From a virus (lineage: Duplodnaviria > Caudoviricetes), in the IMG/VR virus record IMGVR_UViG_3300020049_008087, positions 1 to 64,000 of that record: a DNA stretch of 64,000 nt, one strand, 5' to 3'. Both the position numbers and the translations under genes were made by a program. The notes beneath the pieces were generated by a model. The model was not told where the DNA came from, searched no databases, and worked only from the letters and a program-made list of their open reading frames with translations. This document shows positions 19,563 to 26,868 of the stretch, in pieces. The stretch's first letter is position 1. Each line of letters begins with the position of its first letter.

Positions 19563-19897
19563 TACATATTCCTTATCTTTTGTACTTCAAATCCAAATTC
19601 AGTTGTATCTAATTTTCCATCAATCAAACTAATAATCAATGATGAATATTGCTCGACCCATTCACTGATCATTCGCATTTCTTTGCCGGATAAACTACTG
19701 TTGATATTTTTGACCAAGTCTGAGGTAGACCCAACTGAAAAAATAGCCGCCCATTCATTATCTTTTGTTACTTTAATTCTATATTTGTCGTGACCGTGAT
19801 CTAATGGGTAGGTTCTACACCAAATTACAATATTAGAAGGTAATCCTGTAGTCCTGCTTGAAAAGTTAGACATTTCATAGAGATCATCTGCCTTCAT
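19562..19897 (-). CDS. 111-aa protein, tandem duplicate copy B
   Basis: near-identical to 18997..19332. Confidence 0.75.
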   Translation of the reverse strand: MKADDLYEMSNFSSRTTGLPSNIVIWCRTYPLDHGHDKYRIKVTKDNEWAAIFSVGSTSDLVKNINSSLSGKEMRMISEWVEQYSSLIISLIDGKLDTTEFGFEVQKIRNM

Positions 19898-20124
19898 TAT
19901 TCAACTTCAAAATGTTCAGCAATAAACTGCTTCACAGTAATTGCACCTGATGCCTCAACATCACAATCATGAGTCACAAAACTCATCTCTGCAACTTCAC
20001 ACATACGCATACATTCCCGCACAATCAACTCGGCGAACTTTTCAGCGTGATCAACACCCATCCATTTACCACTACAATCAGTACCAGCTTGTTTCATTAA
20101 TTCTTTAATTCTTTCAGCCATCAT
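19897..20124 (-). CDS. NERI/KFAELIV family mini-protein
   Basis: C-half shared with 21582..21809. Confidence 0.85.
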   Translation of the reverse strand: MMAERIKELMKQAGTDCSGKWMGVDHAEKFAELIVRECMRMCEVAEMSFVTHDCDVEASGAITVKQFIAEHFEVE

Positions 20125-20321
20125 TCAACTCCGAATTTTCTTTTGATCGCCATTGCTAAAATCATTGCAGTTTGACTAGTACCGTCAGGCATACCATATG
20201 CATCACAAATATCAATACATTCCTGCACAATCAACTCAGCAAAATCTTTGCATAGGTCTTCTCGTTCAGTTGCAAACCATAAGCCAGATTGCTTGGCAAG
20301 TTCTATAATTCGTTCGTTCAT
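20121..20321 (-). CDS. NERI/KFAELIV family mini-protein
   Basis: MNERIIELA...DFAELIVQEC...KFGVE. Confidence 0.85.
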   Translation of the reverse strand: MNERIIELAKQSGLWFATEREDLCKDFAELIVQECIDICDAYGMPDGTSQTAMILAMAIKRKFGVE

Positions 20322-20491
20322 TATAAACTCACTCCGCTGATTACTTCATCATCAAGGATTAGTTGAATACTGTGACAGTCGGTGTACATGTGACCGTCAC
20401 TGCCACCATTGTATATGGAATCTGTCCTAACCTCAAGCCGTAAATTGTCTTTGATGTATTGTCTAATCAACTCACTCATTTCTTCACTCAT
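20321..20491 (-). CDS. 56-aa hypothetical protein (not in ORF track)
   Basis: MSEEMSELIRQYIK...GVSL*; TAATG coupling. Confidence 0.5.
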   Translation of the reverse strand: MSEEMSELIRQYIKDNLRLEVRTDSIYNGGSDGHMYTDCHSIQLILDDEVISGVSL

Positions 20492-20497
20492 TTTAAA

Positions 20498-20668
20498 TTA
20501 ACCCTTCTCAATACAAGTGATCCGAAGAATATTACCAGGATGCGGCTTATTCAGCAGCACCCAATTCTGAGCATTTTCACACGCTGATTTGGTACCGAAT
20601 TCTTGCATTGTAAAACCAAAAGGATGTGATCCTGCGGATTGGAATGCTATGATAAGAATCCATTTCAT
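20498..20668 (-). CDS. 56-aa secreted mini-protein (not in ORF track)
   Basis: MKWILIIAF...EFGTKSACENA...ITCIEKG*; starts at a GVEK junction. Confidence 0.55.
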   Translation of the reverse strand: MKWILIIAFQSAGSHPFGFTMQEFGTKSACENAQNWVLLNKPHPGNILRITCIEKG

Positions 20669-20883
20669 TTTTCTACTCCATATTCGGTATAAAGGTTACG
20701 CAAATCTGCTCGGACTCGTTCTGCCATAGGTCTATACTTTTCAGGCAGAATTGGGTAGTATGTCCATTCCATGCCACCCCAAACTTTATTACTACCAAGC
20801 ATTCTATCAAGATCGGCTAATAGTTGGAATCGTGGATCAGCCCACAATGCCTCTAAATTTTCATCACGAGTTATTTCATTCAT
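20665..20883 (-). CDS. hypothetical protein with NERI-type ends but no core
   Basis: MNEI...YGVEK. Confidence 0.6.
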   Translation of the reverse strand: MNEITRDENLEALWADPRFQLLADLDRMLGSNKVWGGMEWTYYPILPEKYRPMAERVRADLRNLYTEYGVEK

Positions 20884-21116
20884 TCTTCAATCCCAAAATG
20901 TTGTAATAGACCGTTAGCACAATCACCGACAGCATCATTATAAGTCAGTTCATTTGTATCAGCAACCTCTTTGTCGAGTACTTGTCCTTTGCAATGTTCA
21001 TAACATTCCAGCACAATCAATGAGGCGAACTTTTCTAAGTGCTCTGCATTATGGAGCACACTATTACCCATCTTATTAGCATACTTCATTGCTAGTTCTT
21101 TAGTCTGTTCGTTCAT
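20880..21116 (-). CDS. NERI/KFAELIV family mini-protein
   Basis: EKFASLIVLEC...HFGIEE. Confidence 0.8.
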   Translation of the reverse strand: MNEQTKELAMKYANKMGNSVLHNAEHLEKFASLIVLECYEHCKGQVLDKEVADTNELTYNDAVGDCANGLLQHFGIEE

Positions 21117-21277
21117 AAATGTCTCCCAAAAAAATCATATACCGCAAACCATTTCCAAGTTTCTGGATGTTCAGCACGCCATGCTATGTGTGCAGGATTC
21201 TGATTCCAACTCATACCATCAGGACCCCATTGCCAGTGATATGTGCCAAATCTAATGTTAAACCAAAGATTGCTCAT
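21113..21277 (-). CDS. 54-aa Trp-rich protein (not in ORF track)
   Basis: MSNLWFNIRF...FFGRHL*; ATGA overlaps at both ends. Confidence 0.55.
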   Translation of the reverse strand: MSNLWFNIRFGTYHWQWGPDGMSWNQNPAHIAWRAEHPETWKWFAVYDFFGRHL

Positions 21278-21585
21278 ACATTCCCCAATCCAATGCGACT
21301 GTAGCCCAACCGGCTCTTGATATCTTTACGGTCTTTATTCTTTTCTGGTTTCCAGGCTCTGGGATCAACAGTTTCTCCAGTGAGTTCATAACGAAAGTCT
21401 GGATCGTATACCATATAGCCTAGTTTGTTCCATTTGATTACACCATCATCAAAGAGAAAGATACATCCACGACACATACAGAAACTGGCACCAGTATCTG
21501 TCATTACATTGCCGTTGACTGTGCCCACATACTTGACCACACGACCATTGTGCATTTCTTGTAAGGCTTGGTAGTAGTCAATCAC
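21274..21585 (-). CDS. hypothetical protein
   Basis: GTG start at a GVES junction. Confidence 0.55.
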   Translation of the reverse strand: MIDYYQALQEMHNGRVVKYVGTVNGNVMTDTGASFCMCRGCIFLFDDGVIKWNKLGYMVYDPDFRYELTGETVDPRAWKPEKNKDRKDIKSRLGYSRIGLGNV

Positions 21586-21809
21586 GATTCAACTCCAAAA
21601 TGTTCAGCAATAAATTGTTTAACAGTAATTGCACCCGATGCCTCAACATCACAATCATGAGTCACAAAACTCATCTCCGTAACCTCGCACATACGCATAC
21701 ACTCCCGTACAATCAACTCAGCAAACTTTTCTAATTTGGTCGGGATACCGTCTGGGTTGTATGTAAGCAATCCAGACTCATGGGCAAGTTCTCTAATTCG
21801 TTCATTCAT
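21582..21809 (-). CDS. NERI/KFAELIV family mini-protein
   Basis: C-half shared with 19897..20124. Confidence 0.85.
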   Translation of the reverse strand: MNERIRELAHESGLLTYNPDGIPTKLEKFAELIVRECMRMCEVTEMSFVTHDCDVEASGAITVKQFIAEHFGVES

Positions 21810-21985
21810 TCTCTATCCCTCCACATCTCTATCGCTTCTTTCAACTGAGCCATCTGATCCAGTCGAATATCGTCCATGATACCCATACCCATAAACTCTG
21901 AATTCATATTGCGTTCAGTCATCTTCCAGAGTATATCATATTGCTTCTGGAGAGTATCAATCACCACATCATAATCTTCTGTCAT
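21806..21985 (-). CDS. 59-aa hypothetical protein (not in ORF track)
   Basis: MTEDYDVV...MWRDRE*; ATGA overlaps. Confidence 0.55.
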   Translation of the reverse strand: MTEDYDVVIDTLQKQYDILWKMTERNMNSEFMGMGIMDDIRLDQMAQLKEAIEMWRDRE

Positions 21986-22197
21986 AATTTGAATGCTTTC
22001 TGGTATAGTTGCAACTCTTTACTTGGTACCCATTCTTCCATGTCCGAATTAGCAGTTGTAGAAAGGCGCAGAAACGAATAGTCTGTAAAATTAAACTTAC
22101 CATTGTTTCTTACTACACGAACGAAAATATCACACGGGTTACCATCCTCATCTGTGCGTGGTCCTCTGACCAAAACGAATTCTGTGTTAGGTGTCAT
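21982..22197 (-). CDS. hypothetical protein
   Basis: starts at a GVEE junction. Confidence 0.55.
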   Translation of the reverse strand: MTPNTEFVLVRGPRTDEDGNPCDIFVRVVRNNGKFNFTDYSFLRLSTTANSDMEEWVPSKELQLYQKAFKL

Positions 22198-22436
22198 TCT
22201 TCAACTCCAAAATGTATCCTTATATCGTTTGCACAATGCCGTGGTTCTGTCGATGGCCACTTTTGTAAATTCTCACAAACATCAGCACATTCAGCCACAA
22301 TCAACTCGGCGAACTTTTGTTCAAACATTTCATTATAATACTTTGTAGACCATTCAGTAGGGTCTTGACTGTTTTCTACTTCCCCGAAAGCATACTGTCT
22401 AGCCTCAACGGCAAGTTTTTCAATTCGTTCGTTCAT
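22194..22436 (-). CDS. NERI/KFAELIV family mini-protein
   Basis: C-half shared with 14666..14905. Confidence 0.85.
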   Translation of the reverse strand: MNERIEKLAVEARQYAFGEVENSQDPTEWSTKYYNEMFEQKFAELIVAECADVCENLQKWPSTEPRHCANDIRIHFGVEE

Positions 22437-22623
22437 CTGGATCTTTCTCATAACAAGTTAAACATACAGCATCATAGCGTGGTCCCATATTAGGACTGAT
22501 AGCACCACTACAATATTTACAAAGAATAAATGCGTGTGTGACTATATAACCTTTTCCCGGAGCATACAAAGGATAGAATCCTTCTTCACGCTCAGTATAG
22601 CCGATTAGTTCTTGTTCGTTCAT
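22420..22623 (-). CDS. small zinc-finger-like protein
   Basis: CKYC...CLTC. Confidence 0.5.
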   Translation of the reverse strand: MNEQELIGYTEREEGFYPLYAPGKGYIVTHAFILCKYCSGAISPNMGPRYDAVCLTCYEKDPDERTN

Positions 22624-22714
22624 AGTCCAAGTCTTCCTAATATATTGCCCAACCACATCATTCCAACTCCAAGCATAATGGTGCCAACGATTAGTATTTT
22701 GATTTCAGTTCTAT

Positions 22715-22927
22715 TCATTCTTCAACTCCGAAATGTTTCAACAAAAATTCTAAATCAGGATGACCTTTATGAAAGGCAGTATCAATACATTCCCGCACAA
22801 TCAACTCGGCGAACTTTTGTTTATCGAAATACTCAGTCGTTTTCCAACGTGTATCCCTACCGTCATAGATTATGTCATCGTAAACCGAAGTGCATTCTTC
22901 GATCAATTGGTTGATTCTGTTACTCAT
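22715..22927 (-). CDS. NERI/KFAELIV family mini-protein
   Basis: QKFAELIVREC...HFGVEE. Confidence 0.85.
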   Translation of the reverse strand: MSNRINQLIEECTSVYDDIIYDGRDTRWKTTEYFDKQKFAELIVRECIDTAFHKGHPDLEFLLKHFGVEE

Positions 22928-23154
22928 TCTTTGACTCCAAAATGTTGTTTTAACTGTGCCATCATATTATGATAACACAAATCTCGAGTAATGGTCCATT
23001 GATCATCGTTTTCACCATTGGATCTCTGGGACTCAATTTCATTTAGACATTCCCGAACAATCAACTCGGCAAACTTTTCTATAATATCTTCAAAATCATC
23101 GCCATACTTATAAAACCCTGCTTGTTTAGCAAGTAGTTTAATTCGTTCGTTCAT
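22924..23154 (-). CDS. NERI/KFAELIV family mini-protein
   Basis: MNERIKLLA...EKFAELIVREC...HFGVKE. Confidence 0.85.
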   Translation of the reverse strand: MNERIKLLAKQAGFYKYGDDFEDIIEKFAELIVRECLNEIESQRSNGENDDQWTITRDLCYHNMMAQLKQHFGVKE

Positions 23155-23360
23155 CGCCATTCTCCTGATCTACGGATTTCTTCGTCAGTAAACTGTCCGC
23201 CCATACGGTCTGGATTCTCAATCCATTCACGGGTAGATTTAGTTTGGTCAATAACCATTTTAAGTTGCTGGATTTCTTTGTCTTTCATTTCCAACAATAC
23301 CTTGGCCATCTCTAATCGTTCTTCAACGGGAAATGCCTCATTGTCTAAAATCTTGTTCAT
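23151..23360 (-). CDS. hypothetical protein
   Basis: starts at a GVEE junction; ends NPDRMGGQFT. Confidence 0.55.
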   Translation of the reverse strand: MNKILDNEAFPVEERLEMAKVLLEMKDKEIQQLKMVIDQTKSTREWIENPDRMGGQFTDEEIRRSGEWR

Positions 23361-23659
23361 TCTTCAACTCCAAAATGTTCTGCGATACGGTTGACTGCTA
23401 AATCAACATAATAAACACAATCCTCTGGTGTACTTGTATAACTGGCGCCCGCAACTTCCATACATTCTTTCACAATCAGCTCGGCGAACTTTTTACAAAA
23501 GTCAGTATCAATATGTTTGTCCCCTGGAATAGTTTTTCCAGCCTCTAGCATTAGTTCAATAATTCGTTCGTTCATTCTTTGTCCTTTATGGATAACAGTA
23601 GCAGAATCGTGAATAGCATCAACTAGCATTCCGTGTTCATCTGGTGTAAGTTCGTTCAT
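23357..23659 (-). CDS. NERI/KFAELIV family protein with in-frame N-terminal extension (family start at 23575)
   Basis: MNELTPDE...KGQR-MNERIIELMLEAG...HFGVEE. Confidence 0.8.
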   Translation of the reverse strand: MNELTPDEHGMLVDAIHDSATVIHKGQRMNERIIELMLEAGKTIPGDKHIDTDFCKKFAELIVKECMEVAGASYTSTPEDCVYYVDLAVNRIAEHFGVEE

Positions 23660-23835
23660 ACTCTCCATCCTGACGGATATTTTTTAAATGGGGCATTATG
23701 TTCTCGCACCCAATCATTGTAGTCATTTACTTGTTTGCCCTGCATTTCTACAATCTTGCATCTAGATGTTGTGCCATAATGAACAACAATTGGATACCAT
23801 AGATGTTCTTCATATCTAGGAACTACTTTGAACAT
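23656..23835 (-). CDS. 59-aa hypothetical protein (not in ORF track)
   Basis: MFKVVPRYEE...GWRV*; preceded by intergenic AGGAGTTGAATAATG. Confidence 0.55.
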   Translation of the reverse strand: MFKVVPRYEEHLWYPIVVHYGTTSRCKIVEMQGKQVNDYNDWVREHNAPFKKYPSGWRV

Positions 23836-23845
23836 TATTCAACTC

Positions 23846-24031
23846 CTAACCAAACCAAACCAATACATCTGCTCGACCGGTAAATACCATCCAAGCGGCA
23901 GTTATTCTTTTTCGTAGATTTATTCCTGGCCATGACATAGGTCTTGCCTGAGTCCATAATCCATTTTTTCCAGCGGATTGAAGTGACCAACATTTAATTT
24001 GGTCCGCAGAATATACCATAGGTGTTCTCAT
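23846..24031 (-). CDS. hypothetical protein
   Basis: starts at a GVEE junction. Confidence 0.55.
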   Translation of the reverse strand: MRTPMVYSADQIKCWSLQSAGKNGLWTQARPMSWPGINLRKRITAAWMVFTGRADVLVWFG

Positions 24032-24282
24032 TCTTCAACTCCAAAATGTTTTCCTATCCGCTTAGAACAATCATCTGCCCAAGCACTATATAATCCATCG
24101 TGCATCTTTCCTCTATCAGCGCAAACTTCGGCACATTCTCGCACAATCAACTCGGCGAACTCTCCCATTACAATGCTGTTGAAAATAGCATCAAGGTCAC
24201 CTACCTTGTGTCCTGTTCTTGCACATTCTTCAAAGCCTTTGGTATAACTCGCTTCAAGTAGTTTTTTGAATTCTTTGTTCAT
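24028..24282 (-). CDS. NERI/KFAELIV family mini-protein
   Basis: EFAELIVREC...HFGVEE. Confidence 0.8.
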   Translation of the reverse strand: MNKEFKKLLEASYTKGFEECARTGHKVGDLDAIFNSIVMGEFAELIVRECAEVCADRGKMHDGLYSAWADDCSKRIGKHFGVEE

Positions 24283-24527
24283 TCTTCAACTCCGAAATGT
24301 AATATACCACCTTGTCCATTATCAAAGTGCTCCTCAATTTTCTGGGCATAATGGTCACCTTCTTTGGTACCATCCATTACAGCCTTAACACATTCAAACA
24401 CAATCAACTCGGCGAACTTTTCCAAAACAGTAGAGTCCAGAGTATCTTTTGGATCGTACATATACACAGCATCCCCCCACACGGCAATACCAGCCTGTTC
24501 AGCAAGTTCTTTAATTCGCTCGTTCAT
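24279..24527 (-). CDS. NERI/KFAELIV family mini-protein
   Basis: MNERIKELAEQAG...EKFAELIVFEC...HFGVEE. Confidence 0.85.
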   Translation of the reverse strand: MNERIKELAEQAGIAVWGDAVYMYDPKDTLDSTVLEKFAELIVFECVKAVMDGTKEGDHYAQKIEEHFDNGQGGILHFGVEE

Positions 24528-24529
24528 GA

Positions 24530-24703
24530 TCAATCCCAATCTTGTGCAGGTTCGCCCAACAAAACGTATTCTGAACCGTTTAATTTGACTACTTGCACCT
24601 CATCCAATTCTAACTCATTTTGGTATTCTCGATTCATGCCAACCTCAACATCCAACTCCGGGTTTTGTTTGGACAGCCATTCTATCAATTCTTTAACTTT
24701 CAT
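24530..24703 (-). CDS. 57-aa hypothetical protein (not in ORF track)
   Basis: AAGGAG SD; MKVKELIEWLSK...DWD*. Confidence 0.55.
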   Translation of the reverse strand: MKVKELIEWLSKQNPELDVEVGMNREYQNELELDEVQVVKLNGSEYVLLGEPAQDWD

Positions 24704-24713
24704 CAGGCGCTCC

Positions 24714-24950
24714 TTAGCCGATTACCACAACACGTTCAAATTTGCTCATGTCGTCCATGAAACTTTTACCCTGTGCTACTGTGCGAAATTCTTTATTGAA
24801 TGTTTCCAGCGGCAATGCTTTGCCGTCAAACACCTGACGGATAGTATCGCAAGTGATAAAGTCACCCTCTACAGCAGTAACAGTACCCACCATGTAGCAG
24901 TTCAAGTTGCCTGGGAAGTCAAATGATTTGATAACAGTTCCGATTTGCAT
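24714..24950 (-). CDS. early hypothetical protein
   Basis: first gene after the early-promoter cassette. Confidence 0.6.
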   Translation of the reverse strand: MQIGTVIKSFDFPGNLNCYMVGTVTAVEGDFITCDTIRQVFDGKALPLETFNKEFRTVAQGKSFMDDMSKFERVVVIG

Positions 24951-24956
24951 TTAGTG

Positions 24957-25013
24957 CTCCTTGTTTTCTAGTGTATGTGTACATTATACACCCAAAGGGA
25001 TTTAGTGTCAACC
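24957..25013 (-). promoter_or_regulatory. sigma70 early promoter + conserved leader/RBS cassette (copy 1 of 5)
   Basis: TTGACA-17-TATAAT-GTACACATACACTAGAAAACAAGGAG. Confidence 0.85.
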
Positions 25014-25016
25014 CAT

Positions 25017-25253
25017 TTAAGTTAAGAATTTGACAACAAGACCCACTGTATAGATCAACAACAGTGTTGCATTAATGACAATCAAGCTCCATTCACGCCA
25101 CATAATAGACACGATAAGCCAAACAAAAGCCCCCAGATTCAGCAATGCCGGACCCAGGGGATACATGTTGATGCTGGTAGCCACTGCACCTGCGATTGTT
25201 ATCACAGTTGCAACCCACTTCAAGTAAACTACGATATCTTTATTCATAAACAT
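25017..25253 (-). CDS. small multi-pass membrane protein
   Basis: three hydrophobic helices; own TTGACA-17-TATAAT promoter. Confidence 0.6.
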   Translation of the reverse strand: MFMNKDIVVYLKWVATVITIAGAVATSINMYPLGPALLNLGAFVWLIVSIMWREWSLIVINATLLLIYTVGLVVKFLT

Positions 25254-25278
25254 ATTATAGCAGAAGTGAGATTTACTG

Positions 25279-25875
25279 TCAAGTGGTTCGTTTTGTTACA
25301 ATTCTGTCAACAAGACCATACTCCAATGCTGTTTGTGCGCTCATGAAATTGTCACGCTCCATGTCTGCTGCCAGTTGCTCAAATGTTTTGCCTGCACTGT
25401 TATGATCAACGTAGATTTGGGTCAGATTCTTTTTCATTTCAAGAATTTCGTTCACTTGAATCAGCATGTCAGTGGCTTGACCACGAGCACCACCGCTTGG
25501 CTGATGTATCATATGACGAGCATTGGGTAACATGAGTCGTTTGCCTTTTGAGCCAGCTTGCGCTAACAGTGAACCCATACTACAGGCTTGACCCATTACA
25601 ATAGTGCTTACATCTGGTGCCACAAACTGTAGTGCATCATAGATTGCCATACCTGCGGTAACCGAACCGCCGGGGCTGTTGATGTACAGATTGATATCTT
25701 TGTTGGTGTCTTCGCTTTCCAGGAAGAGCAGTTGAGCTACGATGAGATTTGCCATTTGGTCACTCACTTCACCTTCAAGTAAGATAACTCGGTCACGCAG
25801 CAGGCGACTGTAGATATCAAATACTCTTTCTCCGCGACTTGAATTTTCTAAAACCATTGGAACTAATGAGGACAT
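25279..25875 (-). CDS. clpP: ATP-dependent Clp protease proteolytic subunit
   Basis: [26 protein letters not shown] (catalytic Ser), MIHQP (His). Confidence 0.95.
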   Translation of the reverse strand: MSSLVPMVLENSSRGERVFDIYSRLLRDRVILLEGEVSDQMANLIVAQLLFLESEDTNKDINLYINSPGGSVTAGMAIYDALQFVAPDVSTIVMGQACSMGSLLAQAGSKGKRLMLPNARHMIHQPSGGARGQATDMLIQVNEILEMKKNLTQIYVDHNSAGKTFEQLAADMERDNFMSAQTALEYGLVDRIVTKRTT

Positions 25876-25955
25876 AAACTATTAACCTTTCTTGTGATAA
25901 ATTTTAATGTACATGCTGATTATACACTAAATCGCAATAGGTTTCAAGTGAATTG

Positions 25956-26037
25956 GTATAAATACTTGTAGTTCGCGGGATTGGCGTCCCCAACTACTCT
26001 AATGCTTTGAAGGAGCAATCAGCATGTCTATTTATAC
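25956..26037 (+). promoter_or_regulatory. late promoter + two-hairpin endonuclease leader (copy 1 of 3)
   Basis: GTATAAATA...GTAGTT-CGC-GGGA-loop-TCCC-C-AACTAC...TGCT-TTGAAGG-AGCA...ATG...TATTTATAC. Confidence 0.8.
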
Positions 26038-26842
26038 AACAAATAATCACATTCCTTATACTTATCTTATAGGATGGACTAAATTGAACATTTGGTATTA
26101 CGGTAGGCGCACCAAAAAAGGGTGCCACCCTTCTGAATTTTGGATAACGTATTTTACTTCTTCTAATAAAGTCCATAATTTTAAGAAGGAACATGGCGAG
26201 CCAAATGTTGTTAAAATCAGGAAAACGTTTACTGGTACAGATAAAATTCATGATTGTGTGAACCATGAAGTTACCGTGCTAAGAAGAATTGATGCGGTGA
26301 AAAAAGACATGTGGTTAAATAAAGGAAATGCTGGCTCCCAATTTGATACGTCGGGTAAAGTAATCGCAAAAGAAATAGAAAGCGGAAAAATAGTAGTAAT
26401 TAATCAGAATGATTTTGCACCTGGCTCCAGTCTTGTTGGTATTAACTCAGGAATTAAATTTAGAAAATGTAAGTGCCAATGGTGTGAAAAAGAGATTGCA
26501 ATTAATAATATTTCAACTCACGAATTAAGCTGCGCATGTAACCCCGCAGGAGTTATGCATCAACGAACTGGAATTCCACTACCGGAATCAATTAAAGAAA
26601 ACATGAGACTCAACCATGCAGATGTGTCAGGTGCCTGTAATCCAAAAGCAAAACTATGGATATTAACATCACCTAGTGGTGATAAAACATATATCAATGG
26701 TACGCTAAATCAAACGTTACGAGAGAAACAGTTAAGCAGAAATCATCTTATTGCCAACTTAGGACAAATTGTACAGTCTAATTGTTCTATTAGATCAGAG
26801 TTGACCCGAAACACGTTAGGTTGGAAATTAGAATCACCGTAA
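26024..26842 (+). mobile_element. Seg-like GIY-YIG homing endonuclease
   Basis: YTYLIGW...WYYGRR...YFTSS; antisense to flanks. Confidence 0.75.
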
Positions 26843-26868
26843 TTCAGTTAAAATACAAAGGATTATGG

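Larger units (their letters stand above)
12788..24527 (-). repeat. dispersed array of about 18 MNERI-KFAELIV-HFGVEE mini-gene cassettes with nucleotide-conserved core and ends
   Basis: core (A)AAGTTCGCCGAGTTGATTGT at about 14333, 14565, 14792, 16055, 16257, 18902, 19453, 20020, 20226, 21012, 21709, 22296, 22796, 23057, 23471, 24142, 24400 (divergent copy at about 12901); junction TTCGGAGTTGAAGAATGA. Confidence 0.9.

Noticed and set aside
14333-24421. Recurrent approximately 22-nt repeat as a CRISPR array
   Set aside because: Spacing is irregular (about 200-2600 bp), every copy is in frame within a gene, and no cas genes are present.
12788-24527. Diversity-generating retroelement as the source of cassette variation
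   Set aside because: No reverse transcriptase in the window, and differences are segmental rather than adenine-specific.
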